A DNA stretch of 64,000 bases from contig OZ024740.1 of assembly GCA_964016885.1 (NCBI GenBank), forward strand, positions 331,018,001 through 331,082,000, given 5' to 3'. The position numbers and the translations under genes were made by a program. Below are positions 14,959 through 28,210 of this stretch, one piece after another. Within the stretch, counting starts at the first letter, position 1. Each line of letters begins with the position of its first letter. This DNA is from Eledone cirrhosa (taxonomy: Eukaryota). Below the pieces are notes generated by a model, which worked only from the letters and a program-made list of their open reading frames with translations, did no database searches and was not told the origin of the DNA.

Positions 14959-15395
14959 AGGGCCACTCAAAATAAACTAGTTTCAAGTGTTTCAAGAGTG
15001 TATTGGACTGACGGTAGCGTCAATTTTGAGAACAACGGGCTTTGTAGGTCCGAGAAACCCACTTCATTCCATTCGGTTAAAGATATCGTTCGGGCTGCCA
15101 TTTTATAATATAGATTGGTTTATTCTTCCTCGAAGCAAATGGTATCAGGAAAGAACGCTAGTTGGAGATCTTGGAACAATTCAAGAAGGTGCTACAGATC
15201 ATGTACCCATCTGTAATGAATTCATTCTTATTTCAGAAAGAGTGAGCAAGCAATCATACAATCAATGATGGGCAAGAACGGCTGCAAAACATCTTCGGAA
15301 ATTATGTGGGTTCCACACATCCCTGATTTAAGACTCCCATATTTCTTTCTTTTGGGCTATCTTAATGATCGGGTAAAAGACAATAAACCAGGGAC
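14959..15395 (+). mobile_element. Tc1/mariner transposon remnant (end plus DDD domain fragment)
   Basis: Begins TA|CAGGG after (TA)n; QEGATDH resembles QDGAPAH, and WVPHIPDLRLPYFFLLGYLNDRV resembles WPPRSPDLxPxDFFLWGYLKxxV. Confidence 0.78.
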
Positions 15396-15521
15396 CTCAC
15401 TTTCTTTTAATTATATGTTTAATTTTGTCCGTTTACAATCCCGGTAGCATCGGTGTAAAGAATAGGAAATTGCCATCCTCGCATATGTGAGCGTTCAAAC
15501 TTTGTAGCGTCTGTGTTTGTT
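15396..15521. repeat. Unclassified dispersed repeat, copy 1 (copy 2 at 25993-26122)
   Basis: Near-identical ctcactttc...aattttgtccgtttac..tcccggtagcatcggtgtaaagaataggaaattg..atcctcgc. Confidence 0.85.
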
Positions 15522-15564
15522 ATATATATATATATATATACAGTATATATATATATACATGCAT

Positions 15565-16052
15565 GATGGCTGCCCATCGTTATCGAGTATGGCCATTGCA
15601 CGGTATACCATTATTAATAATCATTAATTAGGGCGGTGGATTGGCAGTATCGGGAGAGTGTCGGACGCCATGCTTTGACGTATAGATTTACGGCCCTTGC
15701 CATTCTGAGTTCAAATCCCGTCGGTGGTTAACATTGCCTTTCACCCTTATGGGGTTGATAAAATAAAGTACCAGTAATACACTGGGTAATTGCTGGCCTT
15801 ATGCCAAAAGTAGAAGCAATTATTAATAATCATTAATCAATTTTATCGTGCAATGTCTGTACGTGAAAATATGTTTTACAGTGAGGAAAGACTGTGCACT
15901 GAGCCAATCCCACACTCTTAGCGACAGTAGCTATAACGCAAAAAGAAGAAAAGATCAACATCATCGGGATCCGCAGGTTTTATATCAGAGTTATCCCAGT
16001 TTCCTGAGATGCCTTCTCCTAGAAGAATGCCCTGATCAAATCTAGGGGTCCT
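15565..16052. repeat. Unclassified dispersed repeat interrupted by a SINE (homolog at 34768-35172)
   Basis: Shared start tggctgcc..tcgtt.tcgagta.ggcca and shared end aaaaagaagaa...tcaacatcat...ttctcctagaa...ggggtc. Confidence 0.65.
15630..15820 (+). mobile_element. tRNA-derived SINE, copy 2, with 17-bp TSD
   Basis: A- and B-box-like motifs; TSD tattaataatcattaat at 15612-15628 and 15821-15837. Confidence 0.92.
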
Positions 16053-16062
16053 ACATATATTT

Positions 16063-16119
<57 letters not shown>

Positions 16120-16248
16120 AAAGTTTTATTTAAAATTGTTGGGTTACAACGAGTAAATATTTTATAACTGATATAAAGCACTCAACAAGTTTTGGAGTAG
16201 ATATACGATATTAAACAAATGGAAACTATATTTATAAAACCATATTTA

Positions 16249-16310
16249 TTTCATTATACATATTTCAGGGATACCATATTAAAAATATGGCATGCCTTCT
16301 TCAGATAAAA
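16249..16310 (-). ncRNA. Type I hammerhead ribozyme (mirror of 16474-16535)
   Basis: Reverse complement of 16474-16535. Confidence 0.82.
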
Positions 16311-16473
16311 TACAATATATAAGCAGTTTTATAAATAAATTTGACGTAACATAAAATATTGATCAACTTCCATTTAAAAAAGTTGGTTTGGTAGTGAAAT
16401 GTTTTTTTAAATGGAAGTTGATCAATATTTTATGGTACGTCAAATGTATTTATAAAACTGCTTATATATTGTA

Positions 16474-16535
16474 TTTTATCTGAAGAAGGCATGCCATATT
16501 TTTAATATGGTATCCCTGAAATATGTATAATGAAA
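16474..16535 (+). ncRNA. Type I hammerhead ribozyme with intact core
   Basis: ttttat, CTGAAGA (16480-16486), agg..cct stem II with internal hairpin, GAAA (16518-16521), tatgta, TA, atgaaa; overlaps aataaa. Confidence 0.82.
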
Positions 16536-16689
16536 TAAATATGGTTTTATAAATATAGTTTCGATTTGTTTAATATCGTATATATATATATATATATATA
16601 TTAATAATAATAAATGTGAAGACTAAAATCCGCAGAGGGCTCGATAAGGATATTATATATATATAAAATATATAAAATCGTAGAGCAAA

Positions 16690-16812
16690 TATTTATTCAA
16701 ATAACAGATTAAAGCCTTAACAGAGAATCGCTGGTTTCACCTTTAACGGGATCTATTGAAGATCCCCTTAAGGGTTAAAGCAGCGATTCCCTGCTCAAAC
16801 TTTAATCTGTTA

Positions 16813-16820
<8 letters not shown>
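16690..16820. repeat. Short palindrome centred on an HHR-like core
   Basis: aaataacagattaaag...ctttaatctgttattt arms; centre gggatctattgaagatccc; related fragment at ~406-429. Confidence 0.75.
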
Positions 16821-16844
<24 letters not shown>

Positions 16845-16846
<2 letters not shown>

Positions 16847-16977
16847 ACGAAGGAAATGTGGTAAGGAACCAGGTGGACCATAACGCACCAAAGTACTCAA
16901 TACTTCGTGTAGTAGAGTGAGTAATAGGAACGAGTAGGACCCCAACGGCTGAGCGTCGGGGTCCTACTCGTTCCTAT
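16845..16977. repeat. pLTR-tail-like fragment ending in a hairpin (16924-16977)
   Basis: ataggaacgagtaggacccc/ggggtcctactcgttcctat arms; reverse-complement homolog of ~27880-27988; flanked by (TA)n. Confidence 0.85.
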
Positions 16978-18012
16978 ATATATATATATATATACATATA
17001 TATACTTGATATAATTTATTAAAGCTTCAAATAAAGACTTCCACATACACAACGTGTAAAAACTTGCATCATAAAAGCTAAGATTTTTTTGAAGGCCAAT
17101 AAAAGTACTTCAGCTCTGAACAGTTGCAAATAATTTACAAAGCAAAAGTATGTTTCATGTTAGAAAACTCCTCATTCATCATGATGGGTCTTCTACACAT
17201 AATAAGAAATTGAATTATTACATCTTGGAAAAAAAAATGTTAATGTTCTGATTATTAAAGAAACTAAAAAGACTCACGCATTATTAAGAGATAAGCTAGT
17301 GTCAACTTAGACAAACTCAACTCCTGTATGTAACACACACGTTTGCATTTGTCTTTGTACTTGCACAGTAGCTCTGGTCTCATACATCTGTATATTAACT
17401 GTGGTAAAACAAGCCATCAAAAAGACCTCTACATAGTCAACAACTTCCAAAAAACAGTAGCCATACTTCTTTCAAATCAACCCCCATCTTAAAAATGGGG
17501 ACACATTAAATAATGCAGTCCTAGATAGCTCTAAAAACTAAATAGGACGGTCACAGTTGGCAAGTCCTTTTCATAAGTATGCTTGATCAAGCATACTTAT
17601 GAAAAAAGACTTAATAATTGTAACCATGTGAACCTCATTTACAGTGAGTACTGATTGTTTTTTGTTGTGACACCTACATGACAACTTTACAGTGTGTGCT
17701 GGAGGTTTCACATACATACATACATACATACATACATACATACATACAGACGCGCGCGCGCAAGCACACACACACACACATATATATACATATATATATA
17801 TATAGTATTAAGGGTACTATTTATGGTTATGTATGCAATAAAACCTTTAATGGTAATATATTATATATACAAACCCTAAATAGTGAAAGATAGTCATTAA
17901 TTACTATCCTATTACCAGTAAGATAAATAGCTCAATGTAATAACATCAGTTGTTTTACAGAGCAGTTATATAGAGATTACAATAATCAAAGTTCAGTTTA
18001 AGTCATTTATTA

Positions 18013-18057
18013 GCTTACAATTGTTTCCTCCAAACCGAGGTTTGGATTCTTCGGAGC
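18013..18057 (-). ncRNA. pLTR hammerhead ribozyme with CCGAAGA core
   Basis: gct, CCGAAGA, tccaaacc/ggtttgga stem II, GAAA, caattg, TA, agc, then aataaa. Confidence 0.78.
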
Positions 18058-19096
18058 AACTATTTACTGATCTATAACATACTTGACCTCCTTTTCAACC
18101 CAAGAGACATATAAAACATATGCGCATATTGATCAACAGTGGGGTGACACTCATCAAATGATATAGCATGGCAATTTACATATAAAGGTTACAGGATAAA
18201 AATAAAATAAAAACAAGAATGAAAATAAAGATAAACATGAAGCGTTGGCAGTCTATGAAGATAAAGCAAGAGGAAAGTTTAGAGTAGTCAGTGTATGAAA
18301 CAATCTCACGTGTAGCATGCACGCGTGTCTTATTTATACATGATTAGAGTGCGTCAGAATGATAATTGCAGGGTCAGGCAGTTGAAGCAGGCAATCGATC
18401 TTATTATGTGGGCTGAATTATTAAGTCATTTATTCTCATACATCTGTATGATATACAGTCTCGGATGCAGGGAAACACCAAAATATCAAAAACTTTCAAC
18501 ATATTATAAACCCTATTGTATCGTAGGCAAAGCCGTACCACTGTCTTCGCTCACACCACCGCTCACATAATCCATGAGACGCAATATATATAGAGAACAC
18601 GTGTCTATCGTATAATTCGCGGTGCTTCAGCATATAATCAAGCTATAAACCGTATCCAGTCGGTTCTTAATTCCGGAAGTGTCTGAATGACTAAGGGGAA
18701 TTAATGCGTAAGGGGAGGTAACTAGCTAGTTATCTTAGTTAAATTACTATCCTAAACTACCTTAATGGTGATTCAAATACGTGCCTATCATATGAAGTTA
18801 TAACTAATTTCTAGAGTATGTTACCCATTTATAGGTTAGAGAGTTGTCCATTAAGAAGTACAAGGGTGTATATATTAGGATGATTACCATCCATTAGGGG
18901 TGTCATATCTGAACGTTCTATAAGAGGAGTCAGACTCTCAAGTCACTGTTCCATGCAAATGTAATATAACAGTAGGACCTGGTATGGTCCCACTATTATA
19001 TATGCCACCCGGTAGGCTCCGGGTCATTGCATGTCTGAATCTCCAGTAAATCTTCGGTATGGTCCGGAGATTCAATTTCTCATATAAAGGCGCTAG

Positions 19097-19372
19097 TCTG
19101 GTCATCAAGCAATAGACAACCCCCGTCTCATATATAAATCAATTAAGTATCACATCTACAAGCTAGAGTGGAGTCTATTAATAGGTACTAAAGGAGTTCA
19201 CATCAAGATGATTACAATCTGGAAATTAAATCTCTCATACGAGGGCACCTGTCTGGCCACCAAGCAATACATAAACCCACGTCCCACATATAGATCAGGT
19301 ATCCCATCCACAAGTTAGAGTGGAGTCCAGTAACAAGTACTAAAGGAGTTCGTATCATGATGACCACAATCC
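19097..19372. repeat. Diverged tandem duplication (~154-bp period) in the PLE 3' region
   Basis: caagcaata...acaag.tagagtggagtc...gtactaaaggagttc...gatga..acaatc occurs twice. Confidence 0.75.
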
Positions 19373-19956
19373 AACATGGGATGCCACACCCGGCCAATCC
19401 ATAAGAAGAGTCAGACTACATAATTAACTACATGGGTCTCACTATCAGTAATGGTCTTATTATCATACATGACTCCCGGCGAGATTCAGGTCGTAGTATG
19501 ACTGCATCCCCGGTAAGTTCACCAGGGTGGTCCGGTGGCCGGTTCTTTCGTCAAAAGGTGCCGGTCAGGTCACCAGGCAACACAGAGGCTCCTAACTCAT
19601 GCATCTCCTGTGCATAATTCATTGAACTGATTGTTTACAGTATATATTCACATAACAATACGATTATCTATCTAATCATCAATCTATCTCTTGGTGGGAA
19701 TCCATGCACAGGACTATGTTATCGCAACCAGTACCGTGTCCCCAGTTTATACTAATCTTATATTTGTGCAATGCAGAATAAGTAGTCCACGGTCGAGATA
19801 TCAGAATTAGAGGTACAAGGTGGTATTCCCAGGGTAGGTGGTACTAAACTGCTGCCAGTATTATCTTTAGAGTATAGAAATGGGTGTGGATGTGAGGTGT
19901 AAGGTGTGCTACTGATGTTAATTGCTAGGGGTGGTGCCGGTTCCAGTCTGACATTA

Positions 19957-22255
19957 TTATATATAGGGTTTAAAGTTTTGGAACGAGTGTCGGAAGCGGT
20001 GTTGGCAAGTTGCGAACACTTCTGATTTTTTATTAAGGAGATTATGTTTAGAGAAGATGATAGTATGGGTCTCTAGTAGACAGAGGTTACAAAATTTATT
20101 AGGTGGTTTGTACGATGTTGCACTACCTACCACTTCCCATTTAAGTGTATATATTTTATTTTTAGTTTTTAGATAGTGTATGTAGCTAGATAGTGAAGTG
20201 GAGTTGGCTAGACTGTGTTTTTTGAAGGAGTGGAGGTGCGAATTGTATCTAGTTTTGAAGCAGTTAGAAGTGGAGCCTATATAGGTTTCAGAAGAGCTGT
20301 TAGTTGTGACTGTACATGAGTATATGATATCCTTGGTTAAGCATTTTTTATCTAAAGGGCAGGTTCTACTTGATCTACAGTTACAATTACTCTGGGTGCT
20401 AGTCTGCCGGTTACTATGCTGTGTAGAAGTTTGGATGTTAGCTATAGGGTTATGGTTATGTGGGTTGTGGTACGCAGCGTTAATGTTTACACTAGTGCTA
20501 TTACTATTATTTCCATTGATATTACGGTTATTTGTTATAATGTTACTTTGACTGTTATTTTGAATGTTATTTTGAAGGTTTATCGACCGTTGTGATTTAG
20601 TTTGTTGGAAGTAAGAATTATTTTTTCTTTTATGTGTACTAGCTATGTGGTATGCTAAGTTAGGCGTAGTAGAGTATGAGATCTTAATAGTGTTTTTGTT
20701 TAAAAGGCCGTGGTACCTGTGGCCGGATGGGAAGTGTTTATCTAGTAGTGAGAAGAAAGCCCTAGGAAGGTTGGTAGAGACGTTTAAATTGAAAGGAGGG
20801 TTGAAAAATGTATTATTTCTTCTTCTATTTCTGTTTTTTATGTCTGGTGATTTGTTTCCTTTAATGTTCCTATGGTCATTTCTGCGGTGCGGGTTACTTT
20901 TGTTGTTACAATCCCTATTAGTGTGTGTTCAGTTGCTATTCCTATTATTAAATTTTCCCATGGACATGTTGTGTGAAATGATGGTGTAGCTATGTGATTT
21001 TGTAGGTAGGAACTCTATCCCTGTATTATGGCCTGATCTAGCTAATGCCTGATTATAATACTGCGAGTTATTGTTAAATGTGTTTATGTCATAGGATAGA
21101 TTAGAGATTCTATTAGATACTCCCTTAGAGATAGAGTTCAATATAGATTTAGCGTGGTTAGACTTGGTATCTACGTAGATGAGTTTTTCATTAGGTTTGT
21201 GGAAAGGTGCATATATCATTGAGTCTAAGTAGAGTGTGGCGTCTAGGAAGTTGACGTTTTCGGTGTTTTTGTCCATGGTAATACTAAGGTTAAAGTTTTT
21301 GAATGTTTTGTGCAATAGTTTTCTAGTCCTTTCTATATTGAATTTTTTATAGTCTATAAGTAGAAGTGCATCGTCGCGATACAAACCACCGCTGAGGTAC
21401 GGAAGTTCCCTGTGGATTAGGTTAAGTAAGTATAGGCCAACTAAATCAGTGACCTGCGCCGAATCACTAGACCCCATAGTAATGTCGAAGTTGTTTTGCG
21501 TATCCTTGCGGGTCCATAATTGGTCTTCAAAGGTGATTATAGTTTTACGGGCCGCAAGTATGACATCAATCTGGGGTCTAGTCAAGTCACTATTGTCCAT
21601 GGCCATTATAAGTGCCCTATTTAGTAGGATAGGGGAAATAGAGGTGTAGTAAGAGTTGATATCAAATTGAATACATTTTTTATCCTTGTTATCTATGATA
21701 TTTTTGAACCATTCAATCACCTCACCCGTATTTCCCCATTGTTTAAGGTACATCTTGTGTTTAATCTGTGGGATGATTTTGTCTAGGATTTTTTTTACTG
21801 ATAATGCCAATGTCAGACCTGGAGGGGCAGATAAGTCTAATCGAGGGGTTGCTAATGAAGTCTACCTTATGGTCCTTCAGAGAGAATCTAGGGGGGGGGG
21901 TATAAGGTTGTGTATGTCTCCGGAGTCCTAGTTTGGATACTATATTATAGCCTTCCATATTAATATCTTCTAAGTTTTTCATAGTGGTTTTCTTGTAGCT
22001 TTTATGTAGTTCATTATATATAAACTTTCTATACGTATTATAATCTAGGCTGTATATGTTATTAGTTTTGTCGGCATGTACAAAAATGTTACTACTAGTT
22101 TTGAAGTCATTAATATAGGTGCTAAGTTTGTTTAAGAAGGTGTTGTTTTTATTATCGTGTTTTTTGTATTTAATGTTTTTAACTAGTTTAATTAGGTCGT
22201 TTTCGAAGTGGTTTAGTAGTGTGTCATGAGGGGGGCTTCTAAATGTTTTAAAGCC
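19957..22255 (-). pseudogene. PLE reverse transcriptase + GIY-YIG endonuclease, disrupted
   Basis: QFDINSYY, ITMGS, LYRDD, VNFLD in ORF 20929-21810; same frame continues past one TGA to FNPPF, CNC..CPL..C, IIY..YIG, CNLCLLE, LLNKKSE..CQH and TAA at 19957; upstream frameshift near 21800. Confidence 0.93.
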
Positions 22256-22905
22256 GCATTAATTCCCCTTAGTCATTCAGACACTTCCGGAATTAAGAAC
22301 CGACTGGATACGGTTTATAGCTTGATTATATGCTGAACCACCGCGAATTATACGATAGACACGTGTTCTCTATATATATAGCGTCTCGTGGCTTATGTGA
22401 GCGGTGGTGTGAGCGAAGACAGTGGTACGGCTTTGCCTACGATACAATAGGGTTTATAATATGTTGAAAGTTTTTGATATTTTGGTGTTTCCCTGCATCC
22501 GAGACTGTATATCATACAGATGTATGAGAATAAATGACTTAATAATTCAGCCCACATAATAAGATCGATTGCCTGCTTCAACTGCCTGACCCTGCAATTA
22601 TCATTCTGACGCACTCTAATCATGTATAAATAAGACACGCGTGCATGCTACACGTGAGATTGTTTCATACACTGACTACTCTAAACTTTCCTCTTGCTTT
22701 ATCTTCATAGACTGCCAACGCTTCATGTTTATCTTTATTTTCATTCTTGTTTTTATTTTATTTTTATCCTGTAACCTTTATATGTAAATTGCCATGCTAT
22801 ATCATTTGATGAGTGTCACCCCACTGTTGATCAATATGCGCATATGTTTTATATGTCTCTTGGGTTGAAAAGGAGGTCAAGTATGTTATAGATCAGTAAA
22901 TAGTT

Positions 22906-22950
22906 GCTCCGAAGAATCCAATCCTCGGTTTGGAGGAAACAATTGTAAGC
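22906..22950 (+). ncRNA. Hammerhead ribozyme in the inverted pLTR, CCGAAGA core
   Basis: Mirror of 18013-18057 with one stem II substitution. Confidence 0.75.
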
Positions 22951-23014
22951 TAATAAATGACTTAAACTGAACTTTGATTATTGTAATCTCCCTCTCTCTC
23001 TATATATATATATA

Positions 23015-25580
23015 GTTAAATGTATGACACCGACGGCAGAGGTCAAGCCGTTTCGACGGCTATTTCTTGACTAAATTAGAATTGTTAGCCTGGTAAATAA
23101 ATAGCCTAACTTTTCAGGGTGTACATCCTTATATGGGAAGATTGTAGTTGTCAAAAGGATTGGTCAAAATGTGTTGTAAACACAATTATATCTCTCATGG
23201 CAGTCGGTGGGAGGTGGGGGTGGCTGAACCTGCCTGTAGAACGATGAGGGTGTGGGTGGAGCCGGTCAAGCGTTGAAAGTGAAATCTATACACCAAATTC
23301 TAAGGATTGTGTATGAAAGTAGGCCAGAGGAGGTAGTCAAAAAAAGGTTTGTGGAGAAAATAGAAGAGGGACGTTATAGAATAAATTGAGATCAGGAGAC
23401 AATAAAAAAAAAATAAGAGAAAGATATATAAAAATATAAAACTGGATAGTAAGAGGTGACATAAAACAAAAACTGTAGAGTCTAAAACAGCTGCTATAAT
23501 TAGTTGGTGTTGCCTTTTCAGCCAATGCTATAGAATAGATTAATAAGTTGAAAATAGAAGATACTAAATAAGAAGTTTTGAAATTATAGAATTGGGTAGT
23601 AAAAATTAATACAAAATCTCTGGGGTCTAACACAGTTGCTACGATTAGTTAGTATTGCGTTTTCGGCCAATGCTATCTTTAATTTATTGGGGTGGGAGTA
23701 CTGAGGCTACCGAGGCCCGATGGGCTGCATCGGGTAGGCGAAAGGGGAAAAAGGAAGAGGAAGTAGATCGGGGTGGAGGGAAGTGATAGGAGGAGACAAA
23801 GGGAAGAAGAAAATAGAGAGGAAAAGAAAAGAAGTACATCTACCTATGTAAGCTGGAGTTTGCTCTATCTTCTTCGGCAAGTGCGATGTTTCAGCCCTAG
23901 TCTACCAACCCCGGTCGTTAGGTGGTTTGAGGGCGAGGTAAGTCCTACGCAATCAGTGTTTGCATGCAGTTACCAGTTCGTCTTTTTTGTTTAGGATGTG
24001 GTCCTTCGTAAACAGCATTTGTAATGTTTCCTCCGAGCATAAGTGACACGGACGGCGTCCTCCCGTATAGGAGTTTGCTCTGGAGAGTAAGCTGCAAATA
24101 AGATAGTATGTTATGTTATTATCTTGGAGGTCCCAGATGTGGCCCGAAACTGTAGTGGCATGTCGCCGGGCCGGGTTTCAGAACGTATGTCGGTGTTGGT
24201 AGAGCCGGGTCTTAAAGACACAAGCGGTTAATTCTATATAAGCTTTGTTGGAGGTGTCCGTCCTCAGATAGCTCTGGCAGATCACGTTACGTTCTCGGCA
24301 TCTGTTGTTGAGTGGGCACGTAGAACTATCAGGGCAGTTACACCTCCTTGTCGGCTCTCCGCTAATGTCTAGGTTGTTTCTTCCATAGGGTTTGAGGTTT
24401 TGTTGTTTGAGGAGACGATTTTTGTGCGAAGTTAGGTGTGGTGCTATAGAATAGTTTCATAGCATTTTTGTTCATTATGTTGTGGTAGCGGTGTTGTGGT
24501 AGGAAGTATTTTTCGAGGAGACTGAAGTAGATTTTCCGGATAGGTGTTGCCACCTCGGCATTGTGGGGAGGATTGAACCACGTTACGTAGCGTGAGCGGC
24601 GGCGTAGCCTGCTGGTTCCGCTAAGGGAAGATGGATAAAAGGATATTTCCTCCCGGAAGCCGCTTCGCTTGAGGGCCTGGTTGTAATGAGGCGCATGTTC
24701 GTCGAATATCTACTCATTAGCGGACAAACGAGATATGCGGAAGGAGACGTTTTTAACCAGGTTTTTGGTGATGTTTCTAGGATGGTTAGAGCGGCGGTGG
24801 ATGTAGTTCAGGTTGTCGTTTGGTTTCCTGCATGGGTAGTACAGATCATTTTCGAGGTTGAGTGTAACGTTCAGGAAATTGACTCGGGTTAGGGACGTTT
24901 GTAGGGTGATTTTAAATCCACAGTCCCGGAAGAAGTTGATTAGTATTTTACGGACCCGGTCTATACTACTTTGTTTGTACCTTTGAGGGTAAGGAGCCCA
25001 TCGTATCGGTACAATCCACCGTCGAATGCAGGAAAGATTTCGGTGAGTTTAAGTAGTAGGAATAATCCTATAAGATCGGTGACCTTGGCCGAATTGGTCG
25101 CGCCCATACTGACGTCGAAGGGGGTGTCGGGAGCTATTTTTATCCACTTGGAGTTGTCGAAAAGTAGGACTGCCTTCGTGGTGTCGAGAATGATATTTCT
25201 TTCCTGGTTGATGATGGGTGTGAGTGTTTTGGCAAAGTCCAAAGCGGCCGTAAGGAGCGTGAAGGTGATAGATGCATAGTAACTCTCTATGTCAAACTGG
25301 ATGAATTTTGTGTCCCGTTTGTCCTCAATATTCCTGAACCATGAGATTACTTCCTGGGTACTGACCCATAAGCTAAGTCTCGCGTTTTGCTTAACTTTTG
25401 GTATAACGCGGTCTAGGATCTTTTTACTGATTCTTCCTATATCCGACTTCGTCGGGTTTATAAGCCTGATGGATGTTTTGCGGTCGAAGTCGGATTTCTT
25501 GTCCTTCAGTGTGAAGTAGGGAGTCCGTGGATCGAGAGGTTTAGTGCTGTCGGCGACTACGAGGCCGGAGGTAATTTGTA
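23015..25580 (-). mobile_element. Penelope-like element (Naiad-like), decayed and 5'-truncated
   Basis: FDVSMGA, GGLYRYD, VNFLN, WFNPPH, FYSTTPN, CNCPDSSTCPL and LNKKDELVTACKH across several frames; 3' region with an HHR. Confidence 0.9.
23027..23122 (-). ncRNA. Type I hammerhead ribozyme with G8A decay
   Basis: acacc, CTGAAAA, ggctattt/aaatagcc stem II, GAAA, cggc/gccg stem III, TC, ggtgt. Confidence 0.78.
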
Positions 25581-25992
25581 GCCCAAATAAATAGATTCAA
25601 TCGATTATATTCTATAACTCTGGACAGAAACAACAGAATACAGTGAATTTTTTATATATTGTTTTTAATGGTTTCAGCAAAATATATTTCGGTGTTTCGA
25701 AGAATCGTTATATTACAGCTTCTATCCATTATTCTAACATCCGATGCTGTTATTCTAACTACCCAGCTGTTACGAATCTTCTCCTACCTTATTAAGAATT
25801 AAACTAACATATGTCATAATTTTACTGAATTCTTTTCCCGTGTGCTTTTATACTATTGAGGTCTCTCATAGACGTATATATCTCAACTTACGGGCGCTTG
25901 CATAACCACATGGAGCTGGTTTTGGCCTTTGTTTCTGTGAAGCTTTACCTGAATAATTCACCAGATAATAGCATGTTCGTATACACACAAAC

Positions 25993-26122
25993 ACTCACTT
26001 TCCTTTAATTATATGTTTAATTTTGTCCGTTTACCATCCCGGTAGCATCGGTGTAAAGAATAGGAAATTGTCATCCTCGCTTTATGTGACAGTTCGACCT
26101 TTGTATCGTATGGGTTTGTTAC
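25993..26122. repeat. Unclassified dispersed repeat, copy 2
   Basis: Direct homolog of 15396-15521. Confidence 0.85.
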
Positions 26123-27772
26123 AGATTTCGTGATTTTCAGATATATCCTCCATTTGCAGTTAAGGAGTTACGTTCTTTTCAAACAAATCCAAATTCAATT
26201 ATACCCAGGTGGGTTGGTATATGACATTTAGCCTCAATAATATTAGATATGAAACTCGATCTATAATCTGTTCATGTATGTATATATGTAAGTACGTATG
26301 GGTATGTATGCATATATGTATGTGTACATGTGTGTAGTTTGGAGTGTAGGTTGGTATTAATATTAAGTGTAATATAATAATACACATAGAAACAAAATTG
26401 CTCTTCGCATAAGTAAAGACTTGGACATTTTGTAAGAGTAGCATCCAAGTTGATCTTGGTGTTTCAGTTATTTGAACATTGATCATAATCCAACTGACCA
26501 ATCTGAGATTGATCAAACTACAAACTGTGCTACAGTTTCATTACGGGTACTGGGAAAATGGTCAACTATCTTCCTGCCATAACCTAGACGCGGTTTCTGT
26601 GTATTTACGTTGACCTTATGGATATTCTACTGTTTGGAATCATAATGCCGATAGTTGGGTAGGATTTGCCTCACAACACTTGCATTATAACGTACTACTT
26701 CCATTATAACACTTTTAAGTGAAACTGTGAAACAGTTAGTGTGAGACAGTCTGGCGTGTGTAAACGAAAACATACTAATACGCGTGCAACTACTAATCCA
26801 TAGATGCTTCATATAAGCACATATTAGGACAATTGAACGTGACACGTTTTCTAAGGTATCCTATAAGATATCTTTGGAATTTTCTCAATTCATAAATGAA
26901 ATATTTTTACACTTGAATTATTATTAGAAATCGCTGTATTTTGAAAGTCTGAACATTCTTAGTTTTATAATTTTGTAGCAGAAGATGTTGAAAACGAAGA
27001 CAAAGTTGGATACTTTACATAATTAGTTATATTGATTTTCATTTATAGATACAGTGCAATCTACAGACAGCTTTTAAATATGCTTCAATGGTGTTCTTTC
27101 CACATTTGTACATCGCCAGAAAAAGCAATCGTAATAATTTCTTGGGTATATTATTGTTTCCTGAGTTGCTTTGGAAACGCTTAAGTGTGGCCGACACAAA
27201 TACATGTATGTTTATATTTGTATCTATTTATTTCTCTGTCCGCTTTCTTTCTGTTTGTCAGTAACCACCTTTATCATTCTTCTTGTATTTCTCTCTCTCT
27301 CTCACATTGTATCTCTCTGTTTCTCTCTCTATTTCTATATATATATATGGGTTATCTCACTATCAAATATGCAAATGATCATTAGATAGTATTCTATAGA
27401 TAATCTAATCTGTTCCCATGCAAGTATGGGTTGAATGAATGTCACTGATGAAAGATAAACAAATCTTGAAATGACAGTGTCTGACATTCTGAAAATGAAC
27501 TGGCAATCGATAATATATCCACAGAGGTAAATAGAGAAGGTTTTTCGTTACGAAAAGTAAATATATATTTAATAAAATATTTTATGAAGATATTTTTAAA
27601 AAAGATATTGAATTATCGTTTATGAATAAAAAAAAAAAAAAAAAAATAAAAAAAAGTTAAAAAAATAAATAAATAAAAGGAAATAGAATGTTTGAAAATA
27701 AATAAATGAGTCGCTAGATAATTAATTAAATAGCACCGAATGGTCGCTTGCATCAACATTTTATATATATAT

Positions 27773-28098
<326 letters not shown>

Positions 28099-28210
28099 TG
28101 TGATTCATTGACTTGTCTCTATTTTTCCTCTCTATTCGTTGCATACCACCATGTGTTTGTTTTCTTCCCTCCGTTTTCCCACTGTCCCGATAACTTGATT
28201 GAGTTATCGC

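Larger units (their letters stand above)
16201..16583. repeat. Near-perfect palindrome carrying two divergent hammerhead ribozymes
   Basis: Arms ~16201-16381 and ~16403-16583 are reverse complements; right end runs into (TA)n. Confidence 0.93.
17805..22990 (-). mobile_element. Penelope-like element (Naiad-like), 5'-truncated, with inverted pLTR copy
   Basis: RT and GIY-YIG coding region; ~735-bp inverted repeats 17973-18708 and 22256-22990, each with an HHR; both ends at microsatellites. Confidence 0.93.

Noticed and set aside
18325-22638. Identical 81-aa ORFs at 18325-18570+ and 22393-22638-
   Set aside because: A by-product of the inverted pLTR; GTG start, antisense to the element, no recognisable motif
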